Assembly: GCA_964247055.1 (NCBI GenBank) | Contig: OZ176052.1 | Coordinates: 7,068,001-7,132,000 of the forward strand | Length of the DNA: 64,000 nt | Direction of reading: 5' to 3' | Source: Paragordius varius | Lineage: Eukaryota > Animalia > Nematomorpha | Part shown: piece by piece, positions 55,795-64,000 of the stretch | Layout: each line of letters opens with the position of its first letter | How positions within the stretch are numbered: position 1 is the stretch's first letter | The notes under the pieces: model-generated | The model's database searches: none | The model's input: the letters and a program-made list of their open reading frames with translations, nothing else | Told to the model about the DNA's origin: nothing | Position numbers and translations under genes: made by a program

Positions 55795-58700
55795 ATGGTT
55801 TTCGCTAAATATCAATTTGAATGGATTCATATTTTATTGATTCTCAAATCGTTCGGCTACGTAAGGTTAAAATTTGTGTATTATTTATTTTAGTTAAAAT
55901 AATTATAACTCATGACCTTAAATAGCATTTTTATAAATTTTTGGGAGGGGTACTTAGGCAATCCCCCCTTAGATCCCATATTTTCAAATATAATTAAAAA
56001 AAACAAAAAAACAAGTGGTTAAAATTTGGTTTTTCGGGAACTTTTACAAGTGCACAATTTATATATCACTCACGCTTAAAATAACGTCCAACTCAAACTA
56101 TATGTCCAATGTAGATCTGTCTACTAACAAATATTAAGTTTTGTTGGACAAACAAGTGTTTGAGACTTAATCAATACAAATATAATTCAACCTACTGTCT
56201 AATTTTAAAAAAAGCACCTTGCTGTTAATTTAATAAATTAATATAGGTAATATTAATTTGTGTAGGAATGCATTGAACCCAAATATCTTGGCAGAGAAAT
56301 CAATATTGGACACGCTATTCAACAACTACGATAAACGTGTACGTCCTGGCAGTGGTAAAGCTGGAAATCTCAGCGGTACTTAATATGCATACAAACATCA
56401 TAAATTTATTGTTTTTCTTGTGTCCGCTGCAAAAATATTTTAGTACAACATACATGAGTTTAAAGTTATTTATTTAGTACGTATACATTAAATATTTTAT
56501 TGTAATATACTTGGAATAATACATAAATTATGAAGTTTATTTTACCAGACGAAACATAAATATGACATATATTAACTATATTAATAAAATGTTTTATGTA
56601 AGGCCTTCTAACCGATACTCAAACCAATCTTGAGATTTATTTAACAGCGGGCGATGAAACTCACCCTTCTGCTCACTTTCGCGGGAATTATTTTAACAAA
56701 AAAACCATCGGATAAAGAATTTTAGAAAACTTAGCCGGTTCGGGTTTAAAAGCTCCCTAATTAACAGTTTTAATTGAATAATTTTTTAATTTTGTCGCAC
56801 AGGCCTGGTATTTTTCCATAGACTAATGTCATGGACTCTACTTCGTTAATAAAACTCAAACGATTCGCAACTTTTAAATTAAATAGCAATCATTTACAAC
56901 ATAAAGAGCAACAGTGAAAGTAAGGTATGATGTCCGGTTCATTTATTGACATTCATCCTTCTTTAATAATGATAAGTTTGTTGTTTATATACTAGTTAAG
57001 TGACCTTTTAATTTGGCGCCTGGGGCACGTTCCAGCTTTACCTTAATATCATCTGGCATTATATCTATTTTATTTGGGGTATCTATAATATAATTGTCAT
57101 TTTTATTAACACATTCATTTTTAATCGAACATACTTTTCAATAAATGATGAATTTTATCAAAAATTTTGTTTCTACTTACTAGTAAAAATACAGTTAGTG
57201 CAATACGAAAATAAAGTTTAATTTTAAATCTGGCATTTTCTGTGCAAAATAATAATTTTATTGATTGTTTTCTTTTTTCGTTTAGCATAATCCTTGTTTA
57301 ATGGTGTATTTGCATTAAGCCAGTTAAAATTTTTAAATTGTTTATATTTTTCGGTGTGGTTATTTTCAAAAACATACTAAACAAAATAATTTTTAATGGT
57401 AAATTTTTTAATTAATATTTTTATATATACATCAAAAACGATAGTTTCATAATAGGATAGGCATAATTTTGATAATATCGAACTGTTTCAGCATAAAAGG
57501 ATATAAAATTATAAAAAATTATCTTTTTGCGCACAAATTTTATCACATGAATTTGGTATAATTCGTAAAATATATTTTTTTATCTATGAGCGCAAACACC
57601 AAAGGCAATATTTTTTTTGGATTCTGACGAATATACAGAGCGGTAAGTCTCATCGAACTTATCACTATATGTATTCATCATTATTATCTAGCCTGAGCTA
57701 GTTAGTGTATAATTCCTTATAAAATTATTCCCACCCCTTATTATAAATATTAATAATATATTTGTATCATATTTTCCAGCTATTTAGAGAATTTCAATAA
57801 TTTTTTTACCGTAATTCTTTCTTTTTTGGTAAAGGGTTGAAAATTTTTGAAACTCGACACTGTCCAGGGCTGAGAATAAGAGAAAAATTAAGGAGTTTCG
57901 GGGCGTTTATTCTGGCATATTCGATGCCAGGGTCTAGTGCCCCAGTCATTATACTATCACTCATTTTTTTCACTAAAGAATTTGCTGTTAAGAATAAGGT
58001 AATTTTTCAAGGTGCATAGTAACAATTTAGTTCAACACCCTAACCATTCTCTACCATGCCTTTATTATTATTATATGTATGATTTGATATAATTAGAGAA
58101 TAAAAGGTCCAATAGTTTTTATATCATGTTTGGTTAAGTAAAAAATGCATTCATGTCATTTAGAGTAACGGCGTTTGAAATTAATCGAAAATTTCAAGCA
58201 TATATTTATCTATAAATATTAGTGTTGATCAAAACTAAAAGAAAAAAAAAGATTTTTAAATTTAATAACCTTGTGTTGTCATTTCTACAAATAATTTTAT
58301 TATTAACAGTTTTGTTTAAACTTTGTTTTTAAATTTTTTAGTATTTAAAGACTATGATGACTCCAAAGACCAGAATAAGTGTATAAATCGGATCAAATCA
58401 AACGTTTCTTGGAACATTTCTTGAGAAAAATATCAATATTATAAGTATATTCTTTAAATGTCATGGTAAATCCCAAATTTGGATAATTTAATACAGTCAA
58501 CGCACTTTTTGTGCGGAACACCAGCAAAAAATCGCAAAGTCATAATTTTTAATCAGATATTTATCAACTATTATTGGTCGGCATAAAGTTGCAAAAGAGT
58601 TTTATTCATGATAACCTAAGAAAAATCAGGGAACGCCCATTTCACTTTTTATCCATATTTTTTCATATTATAAAATATAATTTATTAATTTTTTACGTTG

Positions 58701-61700
58701 CTATTTATGCGGGGAAACCGAATTTTTAATATATAATTTAAAAAAGTTTTTCTCGTGTATTAGTAATTTCAGCAATCATGTTTGAATAAAGAATTTTTAA
58801 TCTGTTTGAACATAATAGTTAAATATTTAAGCAGAGAAAAATGTAATATCGGTTTTAATATAGATATGGTGTCGCAAAAATGTCACTAAAGTTTCTTTTG
58901 CATAAAAGAGGTCAACATAAACAGTTGGCACAAAAGAATTTGGCATATGCAATTTATTTAGCGTTTTAAAGTTCTGTCATTTAGGTACTTTAGGAATGTT
59001 TATTTATAATAAATATCATTTTTGGTTAAGAACCCTTTGATTTGATCAGGGCAATTAAAATAAATAAGGCAACACATATGTATTCTCATGTATATTTTAA
59101 TAAAACCAAACAAAGCGCTAAAAAATAGATAATTAAGCTAAGTCAATTTATATATACTTTTTAAATATAAAAAAAATTATATATATTTTTTTTGATTGTA
59201 GAACATGATCCTGCTATTGTTACGGTGAATATGTATCTTAGAAGCATATCGAAAATCGATGATGTCAGCATGGTAATAAGTAATTTGAAGTTTAATTTAA
59301 TTTTCCAGTTTGTAAACTTCTATATTCGAAATTACAATAAATTTGACATTGTCATAGGAATATAGTGTTCAATTAACCTTTCGAGAAGAATGGAATGATG
59401 AGCGATTACGATTTGACAGCAAAGGTAAAATAAATTACATAAATCTCCCAACAATGGAAAATATTTGGCAACCCGACCTGTTTTTCGCTAATGAAAAGAA
59501 AGGACATTTTCATGATATGTTGGTGCGTAATTTACTACTAAGGGTTTATCCGAATGGAAATATCCTATATAGCGTTCGGTAAACTTACAAACTGTATATT
59601 GTTTATGAAAATAAAATGATCTTGATACAATCTTAATTTTGAATATTTAATTATGTCTAGGGTTTCTTTACTCCTATCATGTCCAATGAGCCTGGAATAT
59701 TATCCGTTAGATCAACAACGGTGCTACATCGAAATGATTAGTTGTAAGTGATTATAATGTATTGTATATATTAGAGATATAGAATTATATATAAATTTAA
59801 CATAAATCATTCTTTTGTGGAAAGTGGTGGCGTTTATAAACTTCCCACAGTTTTTAACAGCCTATAAATTATAGATTGTAAGATTTTTGAACTCAAGTTG
59901 TGTGTGGGTGTTTTTTAAATTTTTTATTTGTCATTTATATTAGTCAAGTGTAAAAACAATAATTTTCATGACAACACAATATATAAATTTTACATAAATA
60001 GATGCTTATACCACGAGAGATATTATATTTGTATGGAAGGAAGAAAGCCCAATTCAAATTATTAAAAATTTACATTTACCAAGCTTTAGTTTGGAGCGAA
60101 CGCACACAAGTTATTGCACCAGTCGAACTAATACAGGTTTATTTTTAACTTCTATCTTAAATATATATAAACCCTTGTTAATCGTACATCAGTTATTACA
60201 AAAGTGATTTAATTTTGTTTTTTTAGGTGAATATAGTTGCCTAAGAGTTGAACTGCTTTTACGCCGAGAGTTCAGTTATTACCTCCTCCAATTATATATA
60301 CCCTCGTTTATGTTGGTTATCGTATCATGGGTATCTTTTTGGCTCGATAAGGAATCGGTTCCTGCCAGAGTTAGCTTGGGTGTGACTACACTTCTAACGA
60401 TGGCCACCCAATCTTCGGGTATAAATGCCAAACTACCTCCTGTATCCTACACCAAGGCCATAGATATTTGGATTGGTAGCTGTTTAACATTCATTTTTGG
60501 TGCCTTGTTAGAGTTTGCCCTAGTCAATTATGTAGCACGCAAAGAGGCTCTTCAACAGAAAATGAAAGCAGCTAATACCACAACAAATACTCAGAATCCT
60601 ACTAAGCCGAAAACTACCGAATCAAATTCTATTGGCAATAATCTTGTTTTAGCTAATCAGAATACATCGGATCATTTGCATGATAAACGTCTTCCTTTGA
60701 TGATAACATCTAGTTTTAGTATTTTCCCCAGTAACGGCCATATTAATGCAAACTTAAATCCTTCCATAATGCATGATTCGTTAAATTCATCGACACATGG
60801 TCTCTTTTTATACTATATATCTTTCCTAGTTTTCACCCATCGCTTTTTTAAATCTAATTATGGGCGATGTAAATGAGTCTTGAGCCAGGCATTTGGGTGA
60901 ATGAGCCGGCTCATATGGCTCAAATATATGACTCAAAGTAAAGAGGGATACATTTTAATCCATTACTATTGTTTAAAAAGATAACAACTTTATAATTTGT
61001 AAGAAGAAAAGAAAAACATCAGGTAGCTTCACAAGAGGAAATTTGAATCGGCTCAACGACTCATTCGCATGACCCTTAGTGTTTTTAATTTTTTTTGCAA
61101 AAAAAACATTTATCAATCTGCCTTTATGTATAAAACAAAATTAGGGATGTTAGGAAGCGAAAACGGAACGACTTGCAAAAAGAGGTCCGTAAGCAGTAGT
61201 ATGGAAGCATTATTGTCCAAATATAATTATGAGGACAGAATAGCCAAGAAATTGGCGCAATCTCATGATAGTATTGTAAAAACATGTAATGTTAATAATA
61301 ATAATGTCACAATAGCGGACGGGGTATTTGGTAATGACAATGTCCTTATTCATGAAGAATTGTGCGAATGTGGAGCACCCTTAACCAAACAAGAAAAACT
61401 GTGGGCCTTAAGGAACGAAAGGGCTCATATGGGTGAAAACATCGATGTAAATGAGATGATATATATTATGTCAACGTTCACCTTTGAACTTCAGATATTT
61501 TTAAGAGAGAAATTTTGTTACGTAATAATATAATACAGAAATAATGATAAACTATGCCATAAAGAAATATCAATAATGAATTGAATCAACCCTACCTAAT
61601 TTATTTTTAGGGTAAATTTAAAGTGTTCCAATGTGATATAAAGTGTAAATGTTATATCCTAAGGATTTAAAATTAAATAATATACATAATTATTTTTAAT

Positions 61701-62397
61701 TCATGTTAAAAGGTGTCATTTGTGGCTTCGGCCAACAACGGTAACGTGACGGGTAGAATGGATAATCATATGGAAAATAATGTTTTACTCGATGAAAGCA
61801 GACTCAAGTATGGTAAGGATGTATATGGAGAAACAGTAAGTACTGGGCACAATAGTCTGACCTCTTTCAAAAAGAAACAACGCGGTAAAGGATCTAAAAG
61901 TAAAATTTATATTGGGGAATAAATGGTTAAACATCTAACATAATTTAACAATGAAAATAAAAAAGTATGCAATGTAATATCGTTTTCGGGGTTATTTACT
62001 AATTGTTTCCGAGTATTGGCATATGAACCCTACAAAATAAATAATGTCCAAGGCGGTAAATAAAAAATATTTTAGGACTTTTGAGTTTATTATAGTTTTT
62101 TGGTCAAAAACCTAACCCTAATACCAATTTACATCATAAATAGGCCCAAGTGTTGTATTGAATGGCGTCCAAAAACAGTCACCCATTATGTCTCAAGCTT
62201 ATTCAATCTCATTCACAGCGTCAAAACCAAACACATTAAGCTCTGAATCCAAAAATAACCCACCAATGTCTTGTTGTCACACCTTTCTGAAAAAATATAA
62301 AAGCCGTTCCAAACGTATTGATGTACTTTCGCGCATCTTTTTTCCACTAGCATTTACCGGTTTTAATATTGTTTATTGGGTAGCCTACATGTTATAA
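55795..62397 (+). CDS. GluCl: Glutamate-gated chloride channel subunit (Cys-loop receptor), 11 exons
   Basis: Exons: 55795-55860, 56115-56155, 56266-56375, 59202-59272, 59358-59578, 59661-59743, 60002-60136, 60227-60799, 61145-61446, 61713-61884, 62144-62397. Motifs: [46 protein letters not shown], Cys loop [15 protein letters not shown], second disulfide [14 protein letters not shown]2 [18 protein letters not shown]4 [13 protein letters not shown]. The signal-peptide exons and intracellular-loop splice sites are less certain. Confidence 0.92.
58330..59100. mobile_element. Degraded foldback/MITE in GluCl intron 3
   Basis: GATCAAATCAAACGTTTCTT (about 58390) pairs with AAGAACCCTTTGATTTGATC (about 59030). 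An inner pair at about 58500/58870 is also inverted. Confidence 0.45.
60859..61078. mobile_element. About 220-bp MITE with GAGCCGGCTC core in GluCl intron 8
   Basis: Ends GGGCGATGTAAATGAGTC-TTGAGCC and (reverse) GGGTCATGCGAATGAGTCGTTGAGCC. No clean TSD. Confidence 0.45.
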
Positions 62398-64000
62398 TAT
62401 TATGTGTATGATAATACTAAAATATTCCTTTTTGTCAAAAAAGGTTATTTTTAAATAATTTTTTAACTGAGACGTATCTAACTTGAACATATTTTATTGC
62501 TTAATCACTATTATACTTCGCATTTATAATAAAATTTATATTAAAAAATTCTTTGTGATAATAATTGATCTATATCCAATATTTTTTATATATTTATTTT
62601 ATTCATTAAATTGATTGTAATTAATTTTCATCTATGTGGCCATTGTATTTAAAAAATATTAATTAATTATTAAATTATTTTTTACGCATATTTCTGTAAA
62701 ATATATATATATATATATATATGATTATTACTCTCATTTTAACGGTTTGCAATAAATTTGATACGATGATTAATAAATCATTTGATGTTAATTGAATACC
62801 GAATGCCGCCAAACCGCGCTATATAGCCATCTTTATATAAAAAATTGCCATAATAAAATTGACCTTTTTTATTTTTCAATGCTGTTATTGTTTAGTTTGC
62901 TATTTATTCAAATCTATCTTCGGGGTAAAATTTACGGTTTATATTGTAAATCTAAGCTACTGTATAACTTTGGAACAAATTTACGGGTTTTTAATTTCAA
63001 AATAGGAGGAGTAATGCTATGTTTTTTAATATTTTTATATTTTTAATGTTAACAAATTTTAAATAAATGCAAACCCATAAATATCAATTTAATGTATGCT
63101 TATAAAAAAATTGAATTGCAAAGTTATTAAATATTTTATGGAATCGCAACTTTGTGGTATAATTTTCATAACTAACATAAAGAATTCTAGCAAAAATACC
63201 CACAAATAAGTTTGTCCAACGGTATTCCGAATTTTATAGATCTTGAAATCCATTACCTTTTCCTATTTAAACAACTAGTATGAATGTGTCTTGGGGATCC
63301 CTTTTTTACTTTTGGGAGATAAAAATTTATCGATATAACTTATTAGAGAAATAAAAAAGCGACACTAAAAGCCAACTACAGTTTTTTTATGTTTAACTCT
63401 TAAATGTATGAATCATAACGCTTAATATTTCAAAAATATATTTGAATATATATGGGTCATCCAAAATTAAACCATTATTAGTTCCATTTTTTAAAAAAAA
63501 CCGTATTGGCTAAAATTATCAAAAAGGATTCGGTCATAAATTAAAAGATTAATTTTATTAATGCTAACTAATACTATTTAATAAAATTTAATTTCGACAA
63601 ATTTAGTTTATATATATAATATATATATTTGTAGGTCGCTAATGTGTTTTCCTACTTGGTGGTTTTATAAAAATCTTGGGTTTGAATTAATATAAAATAC
63701 TTTAAATCTTTTATTTTGAAAAAATTAGCAGATGAAATGTTTTATATTAAGCATAAACATAATTAGGCTAATTGTTAGGGTTAGACGGCCAATTAAAAGC
63801 TCAGATTAGCTTGTAAAATATGTAAGCTAAGAAAATTTAATTATATAAAAACTTAAGCATAAATCTTGGAATGTAGTTAATGGATAGTTTTAGCTAAATA
63901 GCCTATCCACAAAATATTTCCCTAAAAAAATTAAAGTATTGTATTTAATGTTTGTTATTAATTAAAATTTATCATATAACTATTTAATAGCATAGTTGTT

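Overview
AT-rich eukaryotic (animal, almost certainly protostome) genomic DNA. The ORF track misses most genes because they are intron-rich. I assembled seven host genes by hand. Six are on the minus strand: an SNX9/18/33-family sorting nexin (18 exons), two tandem intronless class-A GPCR paralogs, NEMF/Caliban (Rqc2), integrin-linked kinase (12 exons) and an intronless BTB/KCTD-like gene. One is on the plus strand: a glutamate-gated chloride channel. Mobile DNA is abundant: a 5'-truncated but otherwise intact RTE LINE in a NEMF intron, a full-length decayed hAT element with perfect 8-bp TSD, a second hAT relic, two mariner relics, and several MITE/foldback families. The main surprise is intron size polarity. 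In SNX, NEMF and ILK every intron within about 300 nt of the start codon is only 21-24 nt, while all downstream introns I resolved are 62-3025 nt apart from one of 30 nt. Two further surprises: the hAT element carries a compressed antisense copy of its own transposase just behind the stop codon (a built-in hairpin), and the ILK has substitutions at its ATP/Mg-binding residues plus about 120 aa of loop insertions. Coordinates were read by eye and may be off by a few bases. The species is not identified.
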